A DNA stretch of 63,997 nucleotides, filler included, from Choristocarpus tenellus KU-1152 (lineage: Eukaryota > Protista > Phaeophyceae), in NCBI GenBank assembly GCA_964200185.2. It is 11 parts of 11 records of this genome, joined end to end, with 100 filler letters (N's around TTAATTAATTAA, not from the genome) between each part and the next. Parts side by side here need not be neighbours in the genome. Positions count along the whole stretch, not along the records: positions 19,481 to 27,065 come from CAXNAD020005929.1; positions 27,166 to 32,158 come from CAXNAD020012250.1; positions 32,259 to 40,475 come from CAXNAD020004984.1; 8 more parts are not named here. One strand, 5' to 3'. The notes under the pieces were generated by a model, which was given only the letters and a program-made list of their open reading frames with translations, made no database searches and was not told the DNA's origin. Below are positions 24,803 through 36,400 of this stretch, piece after piece; the stretch's first letter is position 1, and each line of letters opens with the position of its first letter. The translations under genes were made by a program, and so were the position numbers.

Positions 24803-26944
24803 ATGCATTCACCGTGGTGTATTGCTCTTGCCTGTCTGGTTGTCACAACAGTAGTTAGAGTAACTGCATCAGCGGAAAACGTCGCCATCCCTGCTGAGGC
24901 ATGCAACCCAGAAGGCAACGTGACGGTTCGGTACGCCTCAAGTACAGATAGAATTTACTTGGAGAGCGCCAGTGGCGCGACCCAGGATGTGTAACACTTA
25001 CCGATATCTGGATATCGCGTAGTGGAAAAGGACCTCTATACGCCGTCGACCCCATCACGGGAGAACATTCCGTCAACGCCACCGGAACGTGGCTACTGAC
25101 AGAGTCGCTGTATGTCGTTGATGGGAACACTCTGAACGTGAGATTTGAACTCGATAAGCCTTATTTGCCATGTTCGTTGATTGAGATCAGTAATTGGCCT
25201 GCTCTGGTGACTTGTTACTCCTCTCCCTATTAGTCAAGATGCTATCTGCTCCCTCACCACCATAGTCTTGTGCCTTGAAGATGGAAGATGCAAGATGTGT
25301 ATAATATCTGTGGGACATGCAACAAGGCTAATATCTCGCTGGCATATATCAACGTCTACTCGATAAACCCTGCCCCCAAAATATATTGAAGTGGATACCT
25401 AGAGGTCTGGCCGCAGCTGTTTTACATTTGACCGTGTGTCACTCCCCTCATGCATCAACCGTAGGTCCATGGTGGAGATGGTGGTGATTGAGATGAGCTT
25501 CGTCTATTGAGCAATGAGACGTCGCTCATCAACCTGCGTGCGCATGGTGGCAGTCTCTCCTTTGTCGACACCAAGGTTTTCTCGTGGGATGAACTGAATA
25601 ATACCTACGATACCAACATTACTGACGGCCGGTCGTACGTCAGTGCTTTGAGTGAGGTCATCTACGACCCTACTCTCAACTGCAGTAGGATAGATTTGAA
25701 TGAGATGGGTGAAGGGCGAATGGATATCATCCGATCTGAGATAGGTTACGTTGGATACAATGACTCTGAGTCCTATGGATTGACGTGGAAGGTAGGCATC
25801 CCTGCTATTTTATCGCTCTAAGGTTGTCTGTAGAGGTAAAACAGTGCAGTTGAAGTCATGATTTTATTTTGTATGTCCATTATTGATATTTTGCAGACGG
25901 TGTTATAGCAGCAACATTAGCATAAACAATGCCAACTATATTGACAAGAACTTGATAGAATTATTGACAGTTTTCCGATTTGATCTATTGGTTGCGAAAG
26001 AATTTTGTGGGTGTGTGCTGACTGTCGAACAACCAAATGAAATAAGCAGTGTGATGCATTGGTGAAGAGGTAATAATCCTTTTCTCTTTGGCCCTACATG
26101 CCGACTCCGAAATCTCAGGTGCGCGGCTTCTGTGTGGAGAAGACAAATAACGAGGTGTTTGACCACGTCGATATTTATGGAGACATCATCGAGTCTGATA
26201 TTCACCACAACTGTATGAGAGTATAACATGAATGACCTATTTTGTTGAAATTTTCATTTTCGAAATGCTTTTAGTAGAGGTGTGCATGTCTTAAGGGCAA
26301 GGGCAGATGCTTTTGCTAGACAAGGCTCTCTGATATACTCTGAAGAAATTTATCAAAGAAGTGAATGCAGTACTTGATTTTACCCCAGTTCAGGTTGTAT
26401 GATCAACCTGATGGCTATGGTCCCATACAGCTAAATATAAAATGATAGGCCCACAAGCCATCACCCCCACACAAGGGTAACATACCTCCATATTTCCTTT
26501 CATTACTCTTTATTGTATATGTGATCACGGTAATTGGTTAAGTCAGCATTGATCTTGCAGTTGATGAATGAAAAATTGAACTTGGTAATAATCTCTTGTT
26601 CTTGAATGTCATTTGAATCCGTGTTGCATAAGGAACATTCATGTCCCTGTACCTGACAGGTGTGTATCAATCAAGTATCAATATTAGTACTGCCTCTCCT
26701 GACTTCGATCTCTTACTTAATCTTGCACTCTTAAGTAATGTATTGGAGAGTGACACATATGAAGTGCCTGCTAAGTTGGGCAATATTGAACAACCTTCCT
26801 CATTCCATGTATCATGCAGACTTCGGCATGTACACATACGGTCACCAACAAGGAAACTGGAGCAACAATCTGATGCACGACAATGAACAATATGGGTTTG
26901 GCCCCCACCACGACAGTGACTACCTGACCATCCACGATAACTAT
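24803..26944 (+). pseudogene. Mannuronan C5-epimerase (alginate epimerase, AlgG-like) pseudogene; exons 24803..25137, 25465..25791, 26119..26212, 26820..~26944
   Basis: A signal-peptide-like N-terminus is followed by GCVTLTDIW..GKGPLYAVDP..TGTWLLTESLYV, INLRAHGGSL, DGRSYVSALSE, MGEGRMDI, SYGLTWK|VRGFC and YFGMYTYGHQQG, all typical of brown-algal MC5E. Lesions are a 1-nt frameshift at ~24983, an in-frame TGA at 25489-25491, and the catalytic YGFDPHD(D) motif changed to YGFGPHHD (26891-26914). Confidence 0.88.
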
Positions 26945-27517
26945 GCAAAAGAGAGCTATTCCAATAGAGTCTTTGCTTTATGTTATATGGATTTATTTAT
27001 TAGCGGAGTGAGCACAGTCCTTGGTGGTGGGGTGCTCTTCCTTATATTATTATCTATTTCACCCGNNNNNNNNNNNNNNNNNNNNNNNNNNNNNNNNNNN
27101 NNNNNNNNNTTAATTAATTAANNNNNNNNNNNNNNNNNNNNNNNNNNNNNNNNNNNNNNNNNNNNCCCCCCCCCCAGATACTTTGGGTCATACATATGCG
27201 ATAATTGGCAAAAAGCGTTGACTGGGTAGAGCTCTATCTGGGAGGCAATTGGCATGCCCTAATTGCATGCTGGTGAGCTCCATGACCTCTTGAGATATAC
27301 GAACCATTTTTACTTTTTTTTTCTTTTACCTTTTTCAATTAGGGTTAGGGTATATATTCTTCTCCAAGTATATATTGTCACTTAATTTATAAAGGTTTCG
27401 AAGGGAACGGGGCAGTTTTGACAGATCCGGATATCCTCCTATTAACACATATGAATGCCAGAGACCGTACTAACTGGAGACGATGCAAACAGGCAGTTTC
27501 GGGTGTAGTTAGTTGCT

Positions 27518-27776
27518 GAGTCAAAGTATCTCTGAGGGTAGAACCGCGTCCATTTGGGGGCCAAAATCAAATGTTGATATTTTGATGTAATTTTGGCTGT
27601 TGTGTTTGTTAGGAGGTGTCAATATCCTTGTTCTGGACACATGTTTTTATAATCTATACATATTACCTACACCAAACCATATCGGATTAGGTAAAATGTC
27701 ATTAAAAACCCGTGGCAAGCCAAGCCCCAGATGGACAAACAGGGCAAAACTCGTACCCTCTAAGATATTTTCACTC
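27518..27776. mobile_element. MITE family A
   Basis: Same TIRs and interior as the 18156 copy, with TSD TGCT on both sides. Confidence 0.9.
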
Positions 27777-30453
27777 TGCTTCTACTAAGTTGACGCAGAC
27801 CTTCTGAATTGTTGCAATGGTCATGACAAGGTCCAGTAGGTCTCTGCAATCAGTGTGCAAGCATAAAGTGGACAACAACCGGATGTAGTAGAGGTACACA
27901 ACTCTTCAAAAAATGGCAGTTGGAATTCATGAGTTGAAGTCTGGTCAATTCCTCCGAAATTAGACGCCTCTTGTGCTGCATGGATGATCATGTCATGTGT
28001 ACATGAGTCCCTAGTCCTTGTCGAAAGAAGACGGTGAAGCAGCAGATAACAAAATATAGCTCCCTCCACTAAACCGTTGTCATTACTCTTCATTCGGACC
28101 ATCCATCTAACCCTAACCCTAACCCATCTGGTTCATTTAATCACCACTCAAGAATCTACCACTACTGCTACTATTGTGAGTGCATGCATCTGACCACGAA
28201 AAACACCTGCACTTTACTTATTACTCATTTTCTTTGCTTACTCCTCCTCCTCCTCCTACTAACCCTAACCCTACAGAGCACAATATAGACCACGGAAAAT
28301 CTAACAAACGAATCCTTCTCAATTTCCAATATCAATCCTATTTTACAAATACTTCATGAAGGTAGGAAATTTTGAAGTAGGAGAGGGAGAGATAGATGTT
28401 GGGCATCAACATTGCAATGCGTGTAGTCATTTAACAGCCCCCTACAGTAAGACTCAGAAGAACATGAAGCACGCTCTCTCTTACCCACTACATCTATTGA
28501 TACTGGACTATAGAACAATGGAGAAGTCATGCAAGGTCACAGAAGGAGCATTCACACTGCAACATTCATTGCCTGCGATATCCCAAAAGATCAATCGTTT
28601 CTTGTCACAAACATAGGTACGTACGTATATACAAAAGTATGTCGACTTAGCTTGGCCCCTCTCTAACTGCCCAACACCGTTCCATATCTTTAACCCTTAC
28701 CTTAACCCTATCTTTCAGAGGTCAAGCTTTAAAAAATGTAAGATCAAAGCTTTGTAAGGGAATAAAACGAGAGCGATTGGCAATCTCCACTCACTCGTAA
28801 AAACCAACATTGCATGCAAACATCACTCAAGCAGGTGCAGACAAGACTATCCACAAGAGGTGTCGTGCACGATCACCCTGACAGAAACATCAATGGCAAG
28901 TAAATGCAAAATGCACCAAAGGAGTAATGTATGTAGTATATATTACCAACATATTACCATCAATAGATGGAAGGTAGCACTCCCTTTGAGTGCAAAGGCC
29001 ACCTCTGGAATGAAGCTACTGGGCCATGAGTATTCCCCATTGACTCATCATCAGGTTGACAAAACACTTACAGCCAACACAGGCTCCCCACAGTCCACAC
29101 CAAAGTGAGGCAGTCCCTGTGCATAAATTCCCGCCAAACACAACATATGTTACACAACAGTAAGCGACCAAAGGGAACCTGACAAAAAAAAGAACTGTAA
29201 GCCCTCATTGGAGAGATAGAAGTATAGGCACATCCACAGTAGAGAACATACCCCCCAAAACTGTATACCTGCAATACACTGTGCACACCCAACACACATA
29301 TTTTTTACCTTACAGAGTTTTTGAAAAACATGCACATTACCCTGTAACCCTAGCCTGACTCAATCCAACATACAGTAGCAGTGCCATTTCCAATGAAAAA
29401 AATAATAACGTTATTGGAAGGAGAGAGGGATGTAACCGACAATCTCCAGATCATTCAAAAGGAGAAAACCAAGATCAACAGGGTCTCTCACCCTCCTACC
29501 CCAACAACACTTCTGCTGCCTACATCCTGAGGCAATAGTTGTTCATTGTGAAAATGTAAAATAAATAAACTTACGTACAATCTATGATTGGTCAAGCAAG
29601 ATATACAGCATATTCCAAACATAGGTTGCTATTAATTATACTGCTACTACTACTACTGCTACTCCTACTACCCCCCCACCCCCCCCACCCCGTTCCCTCC
29701 TCCCCAGTGGGCCGTTCTCCATACCTCCTACAGTAGTACAATTAGGCAGGACTGGTCTCTTCACACTTAAAGATAAGTGAGGGGATTTCTTCCTAACTGT
29801 CAACCCTGACCCTAACCCTCTCTTCCCAATTTGAAGATGCAAATGTTGAACCACATCTAAACCCTAACCCTAACCCTCAGTCTCACCATTTGTTGGGCCA
29901 CTAACTGACAAAGTGTATCTCTTCTTAGAAGTGGCACAACGAAGTCCTGTGTCTCCCTTAAACATGCCTCCCTGCTTATGTAGAAAACCTTTATCGTATC
30001 CACAATACAACCATGGAATATCAACGGAATATCAAGGTGTGCAGAAATACGCTATCATTCTACAAATATACCTCTTTGGTCAAGCAGGCGATCTTCACAG
30101 TCAAGCCAAGCCAGAAATCATCCACTACGAAAACATGAACGGCCACAGGAGGAGGCAAACCCTAACTCTACCCCTAACCCTAGAAAACACAAAAAGGGAT
30201 TAGACAAGACACAAGATACTAGTCCTTTGAAGAAAGCACTCATGAGGTAGAGCACTTTTTAGACCAGGAAAACAGAACGACCCAGGCTCAGACCAACACA
30301 GAACCCCATACAGAGCAAACCGCAAAAACCACACTACCACCATTTGCTACAGGGCCAACCACAGGGCCAACCACAGGCCAAACAGTGCACTTGAAATCAC
30401 ATCACAGTACAGGAGCAACCAGAGCTAACCGGAGGTGGTGGGGCATTAAGCAC

Positions 30454-30708
30454 CCCCTTATCTTTCACCAACGCACTCCTCTTGAGCTCCTCCACTTCCT
30501 CCTCTAGTCGGGTGATCATGGTACGGGCTTGCGCCTGCTCAATGAGCAGCTGCGACTTGGGCTTGCCTGGAGGAATTGGAAAGAGCCGGTGCAAACAGAG
30601 GCTCGTGTAAGGCGGGGCGGGGGCTACATTGTTGGGGTTAGCTAAACCCTAACCCTAAGGGCCCGGCCTGGTGTTTTCCAGCGGAGGCGATTATCGTACA
30701 GTCGATTC
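30454..30708 (-). CDS. Probable exons of an unidentified coiled-coil protein
   Basis: After a pyrimidine-rich ttcctccAG acceptor, the frame reads GKPKSQLLIEQAQARTMITRLEEEVEELKRSALVKDK. A possible upstream exon NRLYDNRLRWKTP needs a weak GC donor. Another candidate exon ends at a donor near 32073. No family recognised. Confidence 0.4.
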
Positions 30709-31244
30709 TGACACAAAGCAGAGTGATGTACTATCATTGAAGCTACAGGGTTAGGGTTAGGGTTAATGAAAGCGAGGTATCTACAACACACCTTAAATTG
30801 GCAGAGTACCTTTTTGTGTTCTTTGCACGAGCTACGTAGATGCAAACCCCCCTAACCCTAACCCTAACATCACACACACTATATAAAAAACACTAGATGA
30901 TAACCATGACCATAGATGGGTTAGGGTTAGGGTTAGGGCATTGATTTTTTTGGCGACTGAGAAGAACTAATTAAAAAAATAAATCGAGTTTGAATTTTTC
31001 TCCACCCCCTTGGAGCGATGCTATATTAATTCTTATTCCCCTGCTGGGATACTCGTTTGCGAATTTTGAATTTTGAATTTCAAGAACATTTTTCACCTAT
31101 CCTGCGGGTGATAGTCAGAAGGGACTAGATGAGGTAATAATGTACACAACAACAAAAAGAAAAAAAAATGACAAAATAAAATAAAGGGTTAATAAATGGT
31201 CCAGTCACTGCAGTAGTAACAACACCCAGCAACGAATCAACATT

Positions 31245-31390
31245 GAATAATAAGAATAATAACACTAACAATAATAGTAATAATAATAACAATAATAATA
31301 TTAATAAAAATAATAATTAGAATAATAGTAGTAGTAACACTAGTAAAAATAACAAAAATAATAGTAGCAATAATAACAGTAACAATAACG
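31245..31390 (+). repeat. Degenerate (AAT/AGT/AAC)n low-complexity tract
   Basis: Trinucleotide-like run. Similar tracts occur at 18070-18110, 22120-22165 and 22470-22550. Confidence 0.85.
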
Positions 31391-31610
31391 TATTCAATGA
31401 CCACAAAATACAACCTGCAAAAAAGATACAACCACAATAAACTGTTTTATCCCCCTCCTTCCACCCCTTCATCGCCTCTTCTCACCCCACCCACACCAGT
31501 TCCTCCACAACCCACCCCAAATTCTCCCCCAAAAAATAAGATGCAAACGAACCTCTCCCTCTTTAACTCATAACCCTAACCCTAACCCTAACACCTTCAA
31601 CTCAGCTCAA

Positions 31611-32037
31611 GAGCCAAAAGCATCTCAGGGTTAGGGTTGGGTCGTGTCCATTTGGGGGCCAATATTCGAAGTTGCTATTTTGATGTAATTCTGGCTAATG
31701 TGTTTGTTAGGAAGTGTGTCAATATCCTTGTCCCTAACCCTAACCCTAACCCTAACATACACATTTTACATACTCCGAAACGTTTTGGAGTAGGATTTTT
31801 TTTTCACAATAATAATTAAAAAAAGAAAAAAACGTGGGAATCGATCCAAGACCCAAATGGACAAGCAGGGCAAACCTCGTATAGGTATACCCTCTAAGAT
31901 ACTTTTGCCCTAAACCTAACCCTAACCCCCAAACGGACAAGCAAGGCAAACCTCGTATAGGTATACCCTCTAAGATACTTTTGCCCTAACCCTAACCCTA
32001 ACCCTAAGATAAGATACTGTAAAAGATACTTTCACCC
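31611..32037. mobile_element. MITE family A, invaded by (CCCTAA)n and with a duplicated right end
   Basis: The family A interior is recognisable and the TSD is TCAA. Telomere-type repeats lie inside it, and a ~60-bp right-end segment is duplicated (31854-31912 and 31930-31988). Confidence 0.8.
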
Positions 32038-33496
32038 TCAACTCATAACCCTAAGCCTAACCCTAACCCTCACCGATGGGCTTGTCTTGTCCTGGGGGTG
32101 CCTTCAACAGTCCCATGGCGTAAGACATCCCAAGTAGGTGAAGACCCACAAGGGTAGTNNNNNNNNNNNNNNNNNNNNNNNNNNNNNNNNNNNNNNNNNN
32201 NNTTAATTAATTAANNNNNNNNNNNNNNNNNNNNNNNNNNNNNNNNNNNNNNNNNNNNTGTTTTTGCAGTTTTTTTTTTTTGTCTTGAGTTCCTTTTATT
32301 TGCGTCTTTTCACCACTCACCCCCCCCCCCCCCCCCCCCCCTCTCCCTTGGTCATAGTTGGTGGTTCAATTCGTATCAGGGTGTCTCATGTTTTGTGGTT
32401 GGTGTCAAGGTGCATGCTACCTTCGGTGTTGTACTCTGTGTAGTTTACTGAAGGTTATTATCAGAATGGAACATGGTTTTGTATGTGCCCCAACAGCATA
32501 GCAGCAGTGTCAATCTGCAGGGGGATGTGAGGCTATCATTTTCTGTAGTTTGTTCTACATGACCATGACCATCCAACACGAATATTGCCCAGAATGTGTA
32601 TGTATAGATAGATTGACATTAAGATTGTCATCCCCACCCCTCTAACCATGCCACATGTCTTCTGTCAGGTCCCTACTCAACTCTGAAGTACTTTAATGCC
32701 TTGATTTTTTCTAGAGTTTTGGGAGGTAACTCTCTCCCCGGTCATCTCACTTGTTGCTGTGCTGATGTAACTGGCGTTTGCTGTTCTGTTGATGCTACCC
32801 TGGCTTGTGTGCATTGCAGGGGAGCACCCCAGTGAGCAGGACCATGATGAGGTAGCCAAGGCACAGTGGGACAAGCTTTCCCAGGCTGAGAAGGCGAGTT
32901 GGGGTTAGGATTGGATTTGGTTTTCGTAAGGAGGGGATGAAGGTAATAGTAATGGCAATGCTGCATGGGAAAGACAGTGAGGAGTTGATATTGTTGTTGA
33001 TGGCACGACTGGATATCCTGTAGGTTGCCTGTCTTGGATGCTCAAGAGGCTTGGGGGTCATAAGTCAGGGTACATTGCCAGTTAGCTTGGAGTTGGGCTT
33101 CACTACAACTTTGCACTTCCATTGTCCTTTGTTTCTATGAGATTGTCCAAGTGTTTTTTCTTTGAAGGGTGTTTTCTCAAAATATTGTAGGCGTGTAACC
33201 CCCCCCCCTTTTTTTAATCAAGATTCTTGTCGAATACCAAGCATTACAGTAGTGCTACCATACGCTCTCGTGGGACGGACAACAGAGTTTTGTCTGCATT
33301 GACAAAATATGGAGTTCCAGGAATAGTAGGCGGTTTTATGGCAAGCGCACTAATAATTTAGTTGTGATCATGGCCTATTAGAGGAGAGTATCCGTTTATT
33401 GTTTTTCCAGTGCAGAAACGCAACGCTCTGCTTACTCTAACCACTATGTACGATGTGTAACCCTAACCCTAACCCTTACCCAAAACGATGCTGCAG

Positions 33497-36400
33497 GACC
33501 AATATCCCTATGAAAGAGATCTGATGCTGTTCCTTGAAGATCTGGTAGCGGCTTGCGACAGGAGGGTGAGAAATGAGAAATTTCACAGGCATTCCCACCT
33601 GGCATGGATGTGTGCCTACGACGTGTATTGATGGTGGCCTCTCCCTGTAGAGTCTAGAATTCGATTGAGTGATGGAAGGCGTAGGCTAGTGCAGAAGTTA
33701 GTAATCAGTCAGTGATGCATACTTCTCTGTGGTGTTTTTGCATGCCCTCTTTGGTGTGTATCTCTTCTCTCTCTCTCTCTCTCTCTCTCTTGGCATCCAT
33801 TTACCATACCAATCTCATATTTATCTTTTTTTTGTAGAACTGCGGGACTGTTTTGAGGTTCTCGTATACTGAAGAACCATCAATGACCCGAGGGGGGGGG
33901 TGAGATTTTAAAAGGGACATCAGCTGCACAACGGGGCGAGGCAAATACAGCTCTAGCCCCCATGGCCACCGTATCTCTAGCCCCAGCCCTAACCCTAACC
34001 TTGTCCCCTTATGCGGCTGATGTCCCTTTTTAAATCTCACCCCCCCCCCCCCCCCCCCCCCCCCCCCTCTCCCGTCCTTCCCCCCCCCTCCCCATTTTTT
34101 ATTTTTTTTTTTTAATTTTTCTTTTTNNNNNNNNNNCCCTAGCCCCCGCCCCCACCCTCCCCTTCCCCCCTTGTGCGGCTGTTTTCTCTTTTTAAACCTC
34201 CCCCCCCCCCCCCCCCCTCGGGTCATTGACGGCTCTTCAACTCCGTCATCAATTGAGTTCAGACTTGTATCAAATCTCGATCTGGGTATCACAGTTATCT
34301 TGACTCCTTCCCGGTGATTGCCAAAAATCCAATTATATTAGCTGCGCAAGCACGTTTATAAAGAATGATATAGCATGTTAATCTGTCCTTGACGATCTGT
34401 TGTCCCACACAACCAGTTATATTATTGTTTATAAGCTTGTATCACAGTTGAGAAGAGAGTGAGACACCATCACTAGATGGGGCTCACCAAACCTTCCAGT
34501 AAATTACTCAGAATACCAAATGACTTGACTGTTATCTAGCACACGTCAGAAACACTCTGACTCTTAACATTCCACCAATTTCTTCTGGTCAAATACCCTA
34601 ACCCTAAATATCCTTAATGTCCTGCATCATCGTCTGTGTGTACATAAAATATTACTTCGAATCACATTCTCACAAATGGTCAAGCATAAACTTGACATTG
34701 CCACAGATATGTATGAAACTAGAAGAACATTCCGCATGTTCTCGGAAAAAAAAAACTGTATGTTCGCATGTGGAAATCTCTTGACACTACTGGGAGTGCC
34801 AACACCCACTTTTCATTCCTCGTGAGCTCTTTCTGTTTTTTTATTTCCACTGGAGTAATGTGTGCATCTCCAAAGTTGATAGGGGAACGCCTCCCTGCTC
34901 CCCCATCCTCCCGCCCTCTCTCCCTTGCCATGCCCTTGCCTGCCTGCCCTACCTTGTGGTGTGTTGTGGCTCCATCTGCTATGAAAGGTGGGAAAAAACA
35001 AGGACCGCTTACGGCTCGAGCAGGGGGATGATTCTGTGAAAGATTCACACATCCAGCAGCTTATTGACTTGGAACGGCAGGTGCTTTGGAATTTGTTTTT
35101 TATTTTCCCTGGTTGGCTCGGAAAAAGAAAAAAGCAGTGCAAAAAATGTGCCAGGCCGGTATGCCACACCCTGAGCTGGTGAAGGCCTTGGAAGATAGTA
35201 CATTGTTTGTAGGTGGATACCGCCATGGATCTGTGTGTTCATAGTTTGTTGCAAAACAAATCAGTAGACCCTGAGGAGCTGAGACTCCCCTTCCCGCCCT
35301 CTCCAGGAAAAAGACTTTGCCGAAGTATGACCACTGTGGAGAGGAAAGTAGTTTCCAATGGTGACATCCTCCTCTGCGAGGGTGTATGTACTACGCCTTT
35401 GGTTGGTGTTGGCTCTCTCGAGGATTTGTAGAGTGTCTTGCGGTGGCTCTTCTAAGGATTGAGGCAGTCATGTTTTCCTTTTTTTATATTTTACAGTTTC
35501 GGTTCTGATTTTCAACACCTGAGACCAGACGGGGATGTACTTTTCCGTCATTGTTCCCGAGGATGGTGAGTACTCAGGCGTAAGACTAGTCTTGTTTGGA
35601 AACGGACAATGGGAAGCTGAATTAATGTGTGTATCACCCTCTTTTTTTTTAAACGACCCTAACCCTAACCCTAACCGTGGTGTACAAGCCGTGCACAGGG
35701 TCAAGAACCTAGTTTGTTCTATAACATTGTTTTTTTGTATGTAGAGAGGTTTATAGTACATTTTTTGGTAGATCTGAATTGCAGTACTATCATTAGAAAT
35801 GTGTATACGTATCCTGTAATATTGTTTGCGTTGATGATGTCACAATGATAATAGGGTAGGGGATTTTGTACAAGATTTATTGGACTAGACTGGCTCTTTG
35901 TGTGACACTTCATTGCATTGGTGCATTCTTGTTATCCATACTTCAAAAAAAAAAAAGAGAACACCCAATTTTGAATTGAAATCGCCATCACCCTTCCAAC
36001 CAGTCTATACCGGCACGTGCACCTCCAAGTAAAGAGATAGGAGGCTATCCCTCCCCCATCTCATCTGTCCCCCACAATTCGTATCTGGCACTGAGAAGCA
36101 AGTCCATGTGTATGACCATTGTCTCTTACGTTGCTTTTTTTAATTATTTATTTTTTTGTAGATGGGAGAGAAGATGGAGATGTCTGAGAAGCAGGCTGAG
36201 GAAGGTCTGGTGGATGAGGCGCAGGCGCTTCTGGCGGAGGTGAGGTGGTCTCACATTAGTTTGTTTGTTTTTTGGGGGGGGGAGAGGCCGTATGTTTTTC
36301 ATGCTGCAGTTGTTTTTTGTTGGCTAGTTTGTGGTATTGTTTTTTGGGGTGAATTAGGGAGGGTTTCTTTTACTTTGGTTGGCGGTAATGCTTGGAATCT

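Larger units (their letters stand above)
28107..32070. repeat. Region rich in short interstitial telomere-type repeats (CCCTAA/TTAGGG)2-4
   Basis: Tracts at about 28107, 28260, 28691, 29805, 29860, 30159, 30635, 30747, 30852, 30918, 31571, 31627, 31733, 31985 and 32047. Further tracts lie outside this span at 3889, 33459, 33988 and 35655. Confidence 0.92.

Noticed and set aside
25489-25491. In-frame TGA in the epimerase as selenocysteine or readthrough
   Set aside because: The same gene also has a frameshift and a destroyed catalytic motif, so a nonsense mutation is simpler. No SECIS can be assessed because the 3' end is missing.
28107-32070. True telomere or chromosome end
   Set aside because: The tracts are only 2-4 units long, occur in both orientations and are interspersed with unique sequence. 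A subtelomeric location remains possible but is unproven.
33801-34292. 163-aa Gly/Lys-rich ORF
   Set aside because: It is a translation of poly-C/poly-T tracts and an N gap inside an inverted-repeat element.
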